The position numbers were made by a program, and so were the translations under genes. DNA of 64,000 nucleotides from the human T2T-CHM13v2.0 reference genome, Homo sapiens. Location: the NCBI RefSeq assembly GCF_009914755.1, contig NC_060930.1; one strand, 5' to 3'. Shown piece after piece: positions 1 through 18,074 of this stretch. The notes under the pieces are model-generated. The model made no database searches, was not told where the DNA came from, and saw nothing but the letters and a program-made list of their open reading frames with translations. Every line of letters begins with the position of its first letter. Positions within the stretch are counted from its first letter, which is position 1.

Positions 1-300
<300 letters not shown>

Positions 301-483
301 TTAACTTCTATGTATCACTTGTAAATCAAACTAAGACTATTTTGTAAATCCTATCGAAAATTCAGATAGTATGTGTCTAAGTTACAAGAGATGTTAGGTT
401 GGACTATACTTCCTAAGTGTCACTCAGTAGTACCCATTTCAATCTCTTTTAATGGCTGTCCCAGTGTGATTGTCCCAGGGCAA

Positions 484-1192
484 TCACAAATAATTGCCCT
501 ATGTTTTAGAAAGAATTATGTCATTCATACCTGATGACATACTAATTTATTTCAATGTATATCAGATTCAAGTGCTTCATCTGCTTCTTGTCATGGTAAA
601 GCTGATCTTAAATTGTACACAGAATCAAATAATAATGAAAATCTTTGACAAAAAGTTTACTCCAAGTTTACCACTTATTCTAGTATTTACCAACTTTTTC
701 TGTTGAAGTTTATATATATATAATTTATATTATATGTTATTTATATAAAATATATAATTTCCAGGCCATATTTCATACCCAAAAGACAGAAAGTAAGTCA
801 ATTAGGTGATACGGTGCAAAGTCAAGAAATGTTCAGCACAGCTTTTGATATTTTCCCTTGAAAACTTTTTGTTTTTTAAGAAAACTTTTAAAAGAAAATT
901 TACCACAATTATATACATAAAATGAATGCATTTAAAAGACTGATGCTGGTATACTCAGCCCTACAGTTACATTCAGACATCTTGAACTGCCTGAGGTTTT
1001 CAAGCAGGTGTCAGAATGACTGAAAATCTTATGAAAAAAATGCAATTTGTTTTGTAATGCAGTTTTTCTTTAAACCATTTGAACATTTAAATCTTCAAAT
1101 ATGAAATTCACAAATGATTGCCCTATGTTTTAGAAAGAATTACATCATTCATACCTTATGACATACTAATCTTATTTCAATGTATAACAGAT
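484..1192 (+). repeat. Dispersed direct repeat of ~84 bp (484-567 and 1108-1192)
   Basis: tcacaaat(a/g)attgccctatgttttagaaagaatta...ttcaatgtata(t/a)cagat occurs twice with about 6 differences. Confidence 0.92.
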
Positions 1193-1741
1193 ATGTAAAG
1201 AAATGTACATAATAACACTTAATGGAAAATAAATGTAGAAACACTGCCTGCTGTCAAGAAACAAAAAAGAAAATTCTAAAAAGAAATGGAAAAGATCTAT
1301 ATTAATAATAATATTAAGGCACAATCAAAAACATTTTAAAAAGGGTAAAAGAGAACTAATGCGTGCATAAATGTCACTAGCAGGTGTTTCCAGACTTACA
1401 GAATTTTAGAGCCAGAAAGAACTTCTGAAATCATCTAGCTAACCTTCTCATTTTACAGTTGAGGGAAGAGGCCCTGAGAGTAACTCATCTGCTCAAGGTC
1501 ACAAAGCCACTTAGTGGCCATTCCAAGAATAGAATCCAGGTCTCCTCATTCCTGGTGGAGTGCCTTGAAGTTCAAAATTCCAAGAAGTGCAAGGGAAGAA
1601 AATCGAAATAAGAATGCTGGATATGAGAGGAGACTGAGAAGTTGATTTCTGGCTTTGGCAAATTTTAAATTCAGTTTTCTTCTATGTCCAAATGAGAGAG
1701 AAGATACTCTATCTTTCAAGTATGACATAAGAATCATATAG

Positions 1742-2046
<305 letters not shown>

Positions 2047-2427
2047 AGCTGAGTATTTATTACTATCTAAAGAGGCTCGTGTCCTTAGCTAATTGTAAAC
2101 ACTGGGTCAAAATAAAAAGGCAAATGGATTTTATCTTAGCAGTTAAAAAATCTGAAGATAAACATGGCAACATGGCCTTAAGCATGCTAGTGCCAGTACA
2201 TATTTAATCTATGGTTTTGTTTGCAGAATGATCCTGAAGTGTTACAAAGCAGTTACTCATTTGTTCTCTTTATGGTATGACAACCTGGTTGTTATGAGAC
2301 TGGAGAGCTTCTGATTTCTTGTTTATAACGTTTTTCCATTGCTTATTCTTTTACCCTTTAAACATATTTAACAATAAAAGGGGTACTGTGTTTCTATTTT
2401 CATTGGAAAGAAGATAGAAAAGATTGA

Positions 2428-2825
<398 letters not shown>

Positions 2826-4697
2826 TAAAGGACGTATTTTAAGAAATCCTTCCTTCTTGAATAATGTCTGCCCCTTGCAATTTTCAAAGTACTTTAAGAT
2901 CATGAGATCTCAGTTGTTTAGCAGAACTCTTAAATCTTAAATTATCTTCAATTCCTAAGGTCTTGGGTACTTCAATTAACATTCCATTTAACAAATATTT
3001 GTGAATACCAATTCTGTGCCAGGTTAGACCAAGAGGACTCAAAGAAGAGGAAGAAATCCTTGTCTTCAACAGGTCTGGTCAGCTCTGAAGATTCCCTGAA
3101 ATGTGACATGTAGCGTGACTGTTTGCATTCTGAGTAGCCCACTACACTGGTATAAATTCACAAATTTGGAGAGTCTCTCCTAGGAGTACCCACAGCATTC
3201 CACCAAGGAGATCACGGTTTAGTGTTACTCTCACTCAGTCCTAGCTGCATACTATAATCACACAGAGAATGAAAAAGAAAAATAGTAATGCTGGAACTCT
3301 CCCCAGACTTCTGACTCAGACCATCCAGTGGTGAGGTCCTGGCTTCAGACTTTTGATAAAGTTCCACAGCTGATTCTGTCAAATTTGGTCCTGTGTTATT
3401 TGAGTTCTAGAATGGCAATTTCAACTGTGTGTTAATAAATATAATTTTGATCCTCCTAAAATACTGTTTTGGAGTATAAAATTATGAGGATCACACACAG
3501 AATATTTACTATCCATGTACATGTTTGGATTATTACTTGCCAGCTAATGTAATATTTTTCCAGTGGGGGATGTTTATCCTTAGAATCATGGGAAACTGGC
3601 TGTCTCTTCTATTCTGAAGGCTGAGGACACGTCAACAGGTTTTTTAGCCAAGCACATCCGTCATGGGGCTTATGCGCAGGCATTTCCAGATGACAGAAAT
3701 ATTCAAAAGACACGTTTGAATGATCTGTTCTTTTTAGGTAGTGGTCCAAATTCTGAACCAAACAGTAACATATTTGAGAAATGTGGGCTATTTTAAAACT
3801 AGAAACAGACCTTGCTCACATTTTTCAAACTTGTTTTTAGCATCTCATTGTATTATTTACAGATTCTTGACTTGGAGGATACTGATAATGATGACAATAA
3901 AATCAAAAATAATAAAAAGGACTGTTTGAGGGCTACCTTTTCTTTAGTGACCAGCAGAGTCCTGGGAATGCTTGTCCACCACAAGAGGGCCACCCTGAGC
4001 CACTTACTTCTCTCTGCTAGGATGTTTCAGCAGTAAAGCATGGCTCAGGCTTGGTGAGTGCAATTTGAAGGACACAGGAACTAATCCATATTGCCCCAGG
4101 GAGTAACTAATCCACCTATATCTTCTACGAGAAATGTTAGATTTATCACTACCGGGTGGCAGCATTCTATTTCCAATAATTGCCTAGTAAAATACCACTG
4201 GTAGAGGAAATAACTATTGGCTACTCACCACTTCGGCACAGAAAAGAAGAGGTAGCACATACTAAGGACTAGAAGGAACAGATCAATATGGGTAGGCTTT
4301 GATTAGAGGTCAGGAAAGCCATCTGTTTCATTCACAGGGCATGGAGTGGGGAAACAGGTGGAAGATCTGAATGGGGAACTGCATAGGTGGGTGTTAGATT
4401 TTGAGCCCCTGGAGTTCAGGTCAAAAGGAATATGGCATCATGATATGAGAGGGATACAGTAAAGGATCTGGAGGTAAAGTTACAGAACGGGAGGCCTAAA
4501 GTCACACTTCAGTGTAGCTCCTAGGCCCACTCTGCAGAATCAGCCAGACCCATTTTCAGGGTCTTCTGCAGAACCATGCAGACCCATTTTCCATGGCCAA
4601 GGTCCCTCAGTAAGTCCATATTAGCCTATAAGCACAATACCTTGATGGGTAATTTGCCCATGAACATCTCAAAAATTCATAAAGGAAAAGGGGTTAG

Positions 4698-5310
<613 letters not shown>

Positions 5311-6791
5311 TGAATAGAGACTTCAGTTTCCCCTCTTGGACAGTTTTTTTCATATCAAGATGAGGTCCAAGGCCAGGGAGTCCTCATTTTCCTTGACTAC
5401 CTCAACTAGCTTCACTACGGCTTTTTCCACTAGATGTAATCTAAGCTTATTTACAAACGCTAAGGCCCTCTATGCAGTGGGCCGACAGCCTCAGCAGGTA
5501 CACATTTCCTTTCGGGCAAAGGCTCAGCAGATACACATTTCCTTTCCTGCTTGGATTCCCAGGAGTCACCTAATGTCCAGAAAAAAATTAATTTCAGTAA
5601 CTTGTCATGCTGAAACCCAGTTATAAATGACTGATCTAGGCCAATACACAGGATGTTCTATTTAAGAAGTCTAACTCTATTTTGTCTGTCCCGGAGTCAG
5701 TGATGCAAAAGGAGTAACACAGAATGTGAAAAAACTGTTTATAAGAAAGATGGAAGGGAGTTATAAACTACAAACTAAACTGAGTGTTCTGACTTTAAGA
5801 AATAAGAGTATATAAGTCATTTCTTTAAAAAAGCTCTTAAATTATCTTCCCTTACTAAATCACTTGAGGCAAGTAAGTAAACTGATGAGCTGCTCTCTGC
5901 CCCTCATACTCTCTTAATATTTGAATGCACAGGTTAAGGCAGGTACTTTTGACATAAACTTAAAGAGCTAACTTTAAAGGTACATCATGTTGGACAACCT
6001 CAAAAAGAAGTGATGCCGTTTCCCAGCCTTCAATAATCACTTATGCATATGCTTGTTAACATAAGCAGCTCAACTCAAAACATTCAGAAGAGACTACAGA
6101 AAATAAACGCATAAAGCACACTTTTTCAGAGTCAGTAATTTCCACAGCTCCATATCTGGAGTACGCATGACATTGTAACACTTCAAATAGTCAAGATACT
6201 GCACCACTCCTGAATACCTCAGGGTGGTTTGCCATTTTCTTAAGTGAGTTGATGTTCTAAACTTTTCTGAAAAGTTCTAGTTTTTAAATTAGTGTAATGC
6301 TCTACACTGTTACTGTTTATTTAATGTTTATTTAGTAAAAAATAATCATTTAAAATCATTTTTAAAATATATCTAAAACTTTGCTGATAATTTAAATAAA
6401 AATCATCAAAACAAACGCAAATTTTTATTATCTGAGTTTAATATATGCTAAATAGGAATTTGGATTCAAAAACATTGAGAAAAACATTCAAATATGCAAG
6501 TCAATAAAATTTTATTAACATTTTTGTAAAGGCTGAATAACTGCTAACAACCACTGATTATGTATTCTCATCTTAAACTAAATGTTTGCAATTTTATCTT
6601 CAGATGTTGAGTTTTGTTGGTATCTTATTTTGAAAAATAGCTACAGAAAAATACATACAACTCTGAACTAAAAAAGTTTTATAATGGTAACACTGAAATT
6701 GAATAATCAGGAAATGTCAATAGACTTAAGTTTATTAATCATAAATATCTGGGATATAAGATCAGATGGGGCTCTTTAAGACAACAGCCTG

Positions 6792-7089
6792 GGCCGGGCG
6801 CGGTGGCTCACAACTGTAATCCCTGCACTTTGGGAGGCCGAGGTCGGCAGATCATGAAGTCGGGAGATCGAGACCACCCTGGCTAACATGGTGAAACCCT
6901 GTCTCTACTAAAAATACAAAAAATTAGGTGGGCGTGGTGGCGGGCGCCTGTAGTCCCAGCTACTCAGGAGCCTAAGGCAGGAGAATGGCGTGAACCTGGG
7001 AGGCGGAGCTTGCAGTGAGCCGAGTTCGCACCACTGCACTCCAGCCTGGGCGACAGAGCGAGACTCCGTCTCAAAAAAAAAAAAAAAAA
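6792..7089 (+). mobile_element. AluY with target-site duplication
   Basis: gagaatggcgtgaacc...gcggagcttgcag (Y diagnostic). TSD aagacaacagcctgg / aagacaacacagcctgg at a TT/AAGA site. Confidence 0.95.
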
Positions 7090-8992
7090 GACAACACAGC
7101 CTGGCTTAACAGTGAGCAGTGCAAGGTAGAGATTTCTGAGGTTTCTCTTTACATCTAAAAAGTGTTATATTTGCTGCTCTTGTTCTTTGATCAAGTGGGT
7201 TATAACAGTACTCTACTCAAAAGATGCCCCCAGAAATATTTAAAATATTACCCACAACTTCACTAGGACAGACACAGACTAGAACTGCCAGTAAGTGCAG
7301 AAAATACACCTTTAAGCAGGGAAGACATGGATGAAAATGTATTTAAGTTACATGGAAAGGACCTTTAGAGATTCTATGATTTGCACACATTTTCAAAATG
7401 GCAAACATGAAAAACAGCCACTACCACTTTCCCTTCTCTCAACTGATCAACTCGAAAGTACAGTTTAGAAGCATTACCACATTTAAGATATTACCACATT
7501 TATTACTGTAACTACAAAGGTGTTCTGCCATGTCCAGGCCATGAAACATTCTATTTTGTATGAGTTTCTATCTGAAATTCTAGAAGTAGACTGCTGAGAA
7601 TATCAGGACCTACCCATGAAATGTGAGTTTCATCAAAATATGAATGAAATTACTTTACTTATCAAAAACCAGATCAAAATTAAAAACGTAGAATGAAATC
7701 TTTCATTAGACCTAATTGGTTTACAACTAGGATTTAAGCAGTTATGTCTTCATGCATACTGTGTTTTAACTGTACCATATCCCAGTAGTTTAATAAATGG
7801 TCGACTTTTCTTACTTTCTGGTAATATTCTCCACTACCTTCTCTTCAATTTCTACATTCAGTTATGGTGTCTGACCCAAAGCATGACTCTACTAGATGAA
7901 CTGGACTGTAGTTCTATCAGAATGCAGTTACAAACTCTGCACGAATATTTGGAATTAGGGCTGAGCTACCAAATTGACACTCCAAACTTCGTTGGCAGCT
8001 GATTAAATAACCATATCCCATTCTATCACACAAACTAAAGTGAAGATTGGAGAATGCAGGCCAAAACACATTCCAGGCTCAGGACTGAATTTTCCTTTGT
8101 TTTATGAGTTTAGTTACTTATGCCTAAAAATAGCCAACTGAATTCCTTTTTTCTTAGATCTAGGCCAAATTAACAAGAAGACACTTCTTCCTATGGCCAA
8201 GAATGTGCATACAAGGGAATTTTCTAGAATAAGGCTTGCTCTGTTGAGTTTACTTTGGTGTGATGTTTAAATAGCACAGCTTCAAAGGTCCAAACAAAAG
8301 ATGACGCCTTGTCTTAATAATTAAGAGTCTTTGCTCTCTTGGTGAATCAAGAAGCCTGGTTGTTCCTCTTTCAGAAACAGCTTAATATAACAAAAATAAT
8401 GCAAGCAACAGGATCAAAGGGGAAGATGCTGGGGACTCTCTTTCTGAGGTTTTGGGCACCATCTTTGTCAACTTATCTTCCCAAGTCTATGTTCTACGCT
8501 TTAAGAGATAGGTGCACCCTGGATACTGGGCGCCCATTGAACAGCTTGAAGTTATAGGGAAAAGATGGCAAGGAAAAAGGTCACTTTGTGCCTGCTGGCA
8601 ATTTTCTGACCCCACCTTCCACCAACTGGTCCCCAGCATGTCCCCTAAGATAGAGGCAGTTCTGAATGCCCTGACCCTGGATGCATTTCTCATTATACAC
8701 CACAGTGTGATGGAGCTGTGTGTGTACACACAGGCACAACCGGGAAGCTGGTTTATGCAGTGAGTGGGGCAGAGTGGAAAAGAGCCTCCCTGGAATTCAA
8801 CTGTTCAGTAAAGTTGATTCACTAACTTCAGAGGAGCTGTTGGAATGATCCCATATCCCCCAGAATCTGTGAGCAGCAGTCAAGTCAGTACTGCTTCAGC
8901 CTACTTTCCTCTCCCCAGTATTTCACAGGAGTTTCACATATGGAGGATCTGGATGAGGTTTAAGTCTCATGAAATTCTATAAAATAACTGCC

Positions 8993-9368
8993 TGTATTAG
9001 TCCACTTTCACACTGCTATAAAGAGCTTCCCTGAGACTGGGCAATTAATAAAGGAAAGAGCTTTGACTCACAGTTCTGTATGGTTAGGGAGGCCTCAGGA
9101 ATCTTACAATCATGGTGGAAGGGGAAGCAGGCACCTTTTTCACAAGGCAGCAGTGGAGAGGAGTGAAGGAGGAACTTCCAAACATTTATAAAACCATTAG
9201 ATCTCGTGAGGACTCACTTGCTATCATGAGAACAGCATGGGGGAAACCACCCCCATGATCCAATCACCTGCCTCCCTCTACATGTGGGGATTACAGGTCC
9301 CTCCCTCAACCTGTGAGGATTACAATTCAAGATGAGATTTGAGTGGGACACAGAGTCAAACCTTATCA
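8993..9368 (-). mobile_element. ERVL-MaLR solo LTR (THE1/MSTA type)
   Basis: Termini tgtattagtcc...caaaccttatca; internal gaggcctcaggaatcttacaatcatgg; 5-bp TSD ctgcc/ctgct. Confidence 0.88.
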
Positions 9369-11699
9369 CTGCTTTAGGAGTTCATAGGTAAGATTAATAC
9401 CCCTGTTGCCAGAAGGGCAACATAGGGAACATGACCATAGTTCCTAAAATGAGATCTATAGTTGAGGCTGGTGTTTTGGTTAGCTCAGACATCTCTCCTT
9501 TCCTATTCAGGTCATAAGTTATCACTGAGGTGTTTGCACCATCTTTGCATATATTTAGGCTGTCAGCCCATCTAAGAATGCCTAGGGATTTTGTTGTAAT
9601 AACATGTTAGATCACTGTGGGATCATCTTGAGTCTTGAATTCAGTGTGCACACATGCCTGTTTCTTTCAGTGGGTGTGTGACCCTGTGCCCACACACTAT
9701 TCATCTTGGTTCTCTTTTCTGTTAGGTATTACTCCTATTTACCTTTGATTTTGTGTTTTTGAAAACTTGTATTAATGCAAGCCAAGTTTTCTGGCACGAC
9801 CACCAGCGCAGAAATATAATTGCTTTATCACTGGAGGTGATATCCCTTCTGGCAAAGGCTGTACAACTAAGTGGAAATGCTGTAGAGAGAATTCAGACAT
9901 CCACTGAGCAGCTGAAACTTTAAAGTCTACTCAAACCTAGACAACTAATGATCCTATATCTTGGTATCACATAGTTTACTGTAAGCTTTGTTGAGGCTAT
10001 ATAGAATGTGTATTTTAGATAATTCAAATATCTAAGAGTAGTGGTTCTGGGGCATTTTTAAAAATACAAATGCCTAGGTCCGTACATTTTATTTCAATTA
10101 GTATGGAGTAGGTCCCCAAATAAAAACATCCCAGAAATTCTGATGTGCAGCTAGTGTTGATAACTACTGATCTAGTTATTTCATTTTTGATTCCTCTCAT
10201 GATAAAGAAAGCTAAAATGTAAAGCCAGTTTCTTAAAGTCACACAGGGTGGTGAATATGCATGATGCTTCTGAAGTGAATAAGTGCATACCATATCACGT
10301 TTCTCCACAAAGACAACATCAGCAATTTGGACAAGCCAATTATTTGTGATGTGGGATTTCAGGGACCTTGAAGTTCTGATCCCTTCCTCCTAAATGCCAG
10401 TGAACTTCCCAGTCATTGTAATAACCTGCAACACTCCACACACTTCCAAATGCTCTGTAGGTGGCTGAGAACCTTTTAACAGGTATAACTGGCTCCAAAG
10501 ATGATAAATATTTCAGCTACATTTCTGCCCTCAAACATTTACTTTCAGTTCCTGAAATGGTGGCCTGGAAACTTATCACGGATCTAACAGACAAACTTTA
10601 GGTTTTAAAGTGTTTGTTATCTCTGAGATGAAAAAATTTTAAAAAGCAAACACCTGAATTATATATAATTGATTAAACATGGCATTTATCTCATTTCATT
10701 CATTTTTGTAATGAAGCTTTACCTAGCTCTCAGAATCTCTAAAATGAAAAGCCAGAAGTGCATATTGACAGATTCCAACTGTTGGGTAACCACTCCTCAC
10801 TCCAAGTCTCTCCTCCCCGTCAAAAAACAAACAGAACCAAAAACCAAAACCAAACAAATCCTATAGAGAGTAAGAGCAGTTATTCTAAACTAAAGTTTTA
10901 GACTATTGTGAAGGTTTGTTTGTTTGTTTAATTAATACTCAAACGGATGTGTGGGAGGATGAGACTATAAATAAATTATAGTCCCTTGAAAGTTAAATTC
11001 CTGGGATTCCAAGGACCATTACCAATAGCAACTTTTATAACAAAGTTTTTCCACATATCCTTTTTGCAGACATGCAAGATACTTCACTTTCCACAGATTT
11101 TCATATCCGTCAACCAACCTGTGAATATTTACAAGTATGTGACTTCAACAAGTGCGGAGATTGCTGACTCTTGGGTGGCACTGGATAAACTATCAATGAG
11201 ATGGACAGAATGGGTCCTTTGGGTAGATGGAGTCTATCCAGGCCACTTTAGGTTTGAGGAGAAAGGGGGATGCTCAGGTTTATTGAAGTTAGTTTATATC
11301 TCGAGAGCACCTCCTGCCTGAACTATGCTACCAGTCTTGGATTGTGATCTAATGAAATTCTAGAAAATGACCATACTTTAATGAAATTCTAGAGAATGAC
11401 TGTATTTTTTCCCTATTCAAAACAATTCACATATCATATTTATAGAGTATTTCCTACTCTGGAGGCAATCTATTATAGAGGATAGGACTCTAAGCAATAA
11501 GTTCGATTAGCAATACACGACTTCAAGTATAATAAGTAAAAGCAGGAGTGGCAGGTTTGGTGGGAATCTGGTCAAATAGAGTAGGATAGGGATAATTATT
11601 TCCTAAATGAACTAAGACCTAATCCAATCTCATGCTTCCAAGCATATCTCTGTAGACAAAACACATTGGCATTACGACATATTACTTAGTTTTCATGAG

Positions 11700-12207
11700 G
11701 GTCACATTTCATTTATTTCCCATATTTTTTTTCAGATATTTATTGGATGTCAAAATTATCTTGTTAGTTTGATGCAACCTGGCAAAGATACTTTACAAAT
11801 GTATATACTTTTTGGAAATGTGACCAAATTGTGAATGTCCGTCCAGCTTTTGAATAATAATAGTGAACTACTGAGAAATAATTATGAGACATGTAGTCCA
11901 TTTTTATATTCAGTATGCCAATTATTTATCAAGAGGAGACAAACAGGATGAAAAAAAGAAGTAAAAATTAAAACAATTCATACAGAAAAATGTCACACTT
12001 TCTTACCTGAAATATTTTAGTGTTTGGGCTTCTTATTGAATTTGGTCTTGGTAAGATGAGTTGTATCTTTTTAAAGAAATAAGCAGTCTTCAGTGTTTTT
12101 ATAGCATTGGTTACTACAGAAATTATACTTCTTTTACTTCTTGTCTTGAAGGGTGAACAAAATAAACAAACTGAAAATACTACAATGAATGGTAAATGAT
12201 GAAAGAT
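11700..12207 (-). other. SOGA3: SOGA3 3' UTR (short form)
   Basis: AT-rich sequence after the stop, ending near two AATAAA hexamers; the exact end is inferred. Confidence 0.6.
11712..11744 (-). terminator. Two candidate polyadenylation signals (AATAAA at 11744-11739 and 11717-11712)
   Basis: TTTATT occurs twice on the + strand about 470-500 nt past the stop codon. Confidence 0.55.
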
Positions 12208-12351
<144 letters not shown>

Positions 12352-13199
12352 TTAATTAATAATAATCTTTAAAACTTAAATTCACATCAACAAATTTAAG
12401 TAGTCATTCAACTTAAAAAAGAACCTCCACCCTCCCTTAAGCCTATATCTATAAAATCTGAAAGCCTAATATACATAGCACTTTCTCTCACTCTAATTTC
12501 TATTATTTTCCCTAAGAGTATAACCGAATACATATCAAAATTCAACAAGTTTTATCATAAAACGATATTTTTCATAGCAAAGCAGAGCAACATGCAAGAT
12601 AAATAAGCGATAGGGCTGCAATGTTTCTAGCTGTACCAACAGGCAGTTAATCTAAAACCATGCTTCTGTACGTAAACTGGCTTTTAAATGTCTTCCGTGT
12701 CTTAAAAGCCATGCATGCTGTTGTACTTCCGTGGGTTCTCCAATGGATACAGGACACCAGGCTTGCCAGAGGAAACAGCATTGCCTGTTTTGTTTCATAA
12801 ATTATCTTTCATGTGGTTAACTCTGACAAAATGCATTGGTCTTTAAATGGCCACCATACCTGGCCAAAGCAGCTCAGTCCAATTCATCCGGTGTGCCTCT
12901 ACAAATCAGGATGGAGGAAAAATGCTGGTTTTCCCTGTTCTGGAATAGTTATTACTATTTCTCTGAATTAGTGTTGCCTTCAAGCTACCGTATAGACTCC
13001 TTCCCCAGTCCTGAGATTCTCCACTATACAACTGAGAGTGATTTTCTCTGGAAATAATGATCATGTTATTTCAACTTATGGTAAAAAAAAAAAAGTGGCT
13101 TTCATTTGTTCCTTTCCAGGGGGTTGTAGACACAAAACCATGTCTCTTTACCACTGGTTTCTACATTTACCAGTAGTTATCCATCAGTTCTGTTTTATT

Positions 13200-13490
13200 T
13201 AATTAAATTAATTTTTTTTATTGAGACAGAGTCTCACTCTGTCGCCTAGGCTGGAGGGCAGTGGTGTAATCTTGGCTCACTGCAACCTCCCTCTCCCCGG
13301 GTTCAAGTGATTCTCCTGCTTCAGCCTCCGGAGTGGCTGGGATTACAGGAGTGCGCCACCACACCAGGCTAATTTTTGTATTTTTAGTATACACGGGTTT
13401 CGCCATGTTGGCCAGGCTGATCTCGAACTCCTGACCTCCTGCCCTCTTTGGCCTCTGGGATTACAGGCATGAGCCACAGTGCCCTGCCAT
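13200..13490 (-). mobile_element. AluS with internal deletion
   Basis: Reverse Alu motifs; the left arm is shortened. Confidence 0.9.
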
Positions 13491-13509
13491 CAATTCTGTT
13501 TTAGTTTTA

Positions 13510-13765
13510 TTCTTTCTTTTTTTTGAGACAGGGTTTCACTCTTGCCCAGGCTGGAGTGCAGTAGTGCAATCACCATTCACTGCAGCCTCGACCTGCCTGG
13601 GCTCAGGTGATCCTCCCACATCAGCCTCCGGAGTAGCTTGGATTACAGGTGCGTGCCACCACACCCAGCTAATTTTTCATATGTTTTGGAGAGACGGATC
13701 TTGCCTTGCTGACCAGGCTGGACTCGAACTCCTGAGCTCAAGCAATCCACCCTCCTCGGCCTCCT
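13510..13765 (-). mobile_element. AluJ-like (5' truncated)
   Basis: cactgcagcctcgacctgcctgggctcagg motif. Confidence 0.88.
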
Positions 13766-14064
13766 AGTCTAGTCATTTTTTTTAAATCCTAAACTCAATA
13801 TGGATCTTGGCTCAAAAACCACATATCAGCAGTTAAATATTCCTATCCAGGACCATCTTGCAGTTCATCTGCTAGCAGAGTAACAGAGAAAAATATTGAC
13901 CTTCTAAAATAATAACGTGCCTCAAAATCCGTTACTCTTTCCACAACAATTGAGGGTAATGGTGTTCAGTTTTCCTTTTAAACAAAACAGAGGAAGAAAT
14001 GGTGACTATGTGATGGAGTCACAAAAACCTCAGCCCTGCAGAAGGACAGTGTGGAAGAACTGGT

Positions 14065-15656
<1,592 letters not shown>

Positions 15657-16119
15657 TTATTATATGTTGTAACTGCATACAACTGTTTGGTGATCATTTC
15701 AGCAGTGTTTCTTTTGTTTCATTATTGCAGTAATAAATATAAAATCTGTTCAACGAGCATGTGGTTCATATGCATTTGCGGCCACTTTTTTGTCACTTAC
15801 ACTGAGCCAAGTGCTGAAAAGTGTTTTACAAATATGAACCTAATTTAATATTCAGAGTAAACTTAGGAGTAGTTATTACAGTTCCTGGTTTAAAGATGTT
15901 CAGTAACCGTTCGAAGGTTACACAGCTAATGAATAGCAAAGGACAAAGGTGAAATTTGAATCCAGTTCTGTCTGAAACAAATGCTCAGGCTCTTGATTTC
16001 TGTGTCACTTAGGAAATAATCTGCCCCCTGTTTTTATTCAAAGGAAAATTGTTTTAGAGGCCTGTAAGTCAGCAAAGTTTGACATTGGAATGGTCCATCC
16101 AAGGAGAAACTGTTAAGTT

Positions 16120-17399
16120 TTCCATCTAGATCACATTTAAAATAGGTTGTACTCCCATCAGTCTGAAATGGATAAAGCCTGGCAAAAGAATAGTGGAACT
16201 ATAGAAGTTCTTCTCACACATTCTTACGACAACCTCAGAGCCCAATCATTAACTAAATTGAAAAGTACAAAAGGAGGAATGGAAATCTTTCTCTGAGGGA
16301 TATTACTGAAGCATGTTATTATGTCTAAGGTCATTTCTCCCAAGGACAATTTCTCAAAATTCTCTTTTAAGTGTGTACTTTGAGCCAATCATATAACTTC
16401 TGTGAACTTTGGTTTCTTCATTAAAAAAACAAAAATAAAAATTCTTTCCTTATCCAGTACTCGGTCATCTGTGTTTGAGATGCATTCTGGTAAAGAAGGA
16501 GCAACCACTGGTGAGAAGGTGAGGAGAATAATGAGCTTCTGCCAGAGATGCTCAGTAAATACCACACAGAGCCTTTGAGATGGAAGAGATGGAGAACAGG
16601 GCACAGGTCTTCTGTCTTCCTATCTACTAATGGGAATATGAAGAATATGAAGGGTTTGAGAGCTGCTGGGTGTGCAGAGCCTGAACATTACATTCCATAT
16701 AGTATTAAATACTTATATCAGTCCTTCAAGATAGGTGATGCTATCTCCCCTTTACCGATAGGGGAGATTTATTAACATTGCAGTGCACAAGTTAATAAGT
16801 GACAGAGCACAGTCTATATTCTGGCTGAGTCCCAAACTCATATTCCTTCCACTGCACATGCTGCCTCTAGAAAAGAAGCATAAAAGAAAAAAAAATAGAG
16901 CAATGTGGTAAAATCAAAGAAGTAAGATGTGTTGCCTTGTACACTTTCCTCTAGGAGAGGTTTAGAAGAAAGAAGAGAAGGACTACCAGAAGAGATGAGA
17001 GAGCCTTAGCAGCATCCAGAGAGGAGAAGAGGGCATGTCATGGAAAGCTTTGATGGAAGATTTTTTGAGGATGAGACCAAGGACATGTTACAATGTTTTG
17101 GATCACATCAGCAGAGGAATCAAAGATGACCCTGAATTTTTGAGTTGAGGGGTCTCATTGGATTGTATGGCCAATAGCAAGGATAGAGAATGAATAAAGA
17201 GGAGCATTCCATTTAGATCGCTTTCAAAATAGGATGTACTCCCATCAATCTAAAATGGATAAAGTTGGTTCTGCCTGCTGAAAGGACAGTGGAATGAAAC
17301 TTACAGAAGTTCTTCTCAAACATTCTCACGACATTCTCATGACAACCTCAAAGCCCAGTCATTAACTAAATTGAAAAGTACAAAAGGAGAAATGGAAAT
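16120..17399 (+). repeat. Dispersed direct repeat of ~170-190 bp (16120-16286 and 17207-17399)
   Basis: Shared tgtactcccatca..aaatggataaag..agaagttcttctca..tcattaactaaattgaaaagtacaaaaggag blocks. Confidence 0.92.
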
Positions 17400-17660
17400 G
17401 GTTTTGGGTGAAGAATGTGGGTTTAAGGTTTTAAGAATGCTGTCTGTGAGGTGTTCCAGTGGAGGGATACAGGGTGGAAACATCCATCAACAGTCATGTA
17501 GAATCTCAGGCTCATGATTAGATTACTAAGATTACAGCTTGGCACTTAGAGCTCAGGTCTAGAAGTGAGGACGTGTGGATGAGATGTGTAGAGGTGATGG
17601 TTGAACCTATCATAATGGTCACAGACACAACCAATGAGGAGAAGAAAAGAAAGGGAGACA
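16870..17660 (+). mobile_element. Degenerate L2 fragment interrupted by a local duplication
   Basis: Purine-rich L2 3'-like motifs (gaggaatcaaagatgac, gaggagca...ggttttggg, gtagaggtgatggttgaa). Confidence 0.55.
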
Positions 17661-17663
17661 TAT

Positions 17664-18038
<375 letters not shown>

Positions 18039-18074
18039 TTAGAAACAATGTTTGAACAGAAACATGACCAAAAA

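Noticed and set aside
5490-5546. Short spaced direct repeats (24 bp x2; others at ~11350-11402 and ~42918-42952) as an array-like system
   Set aside because: Only two copies each, consistent with ordinary slippage duplications. Nothing CRISPR-like, and the DNA is human.
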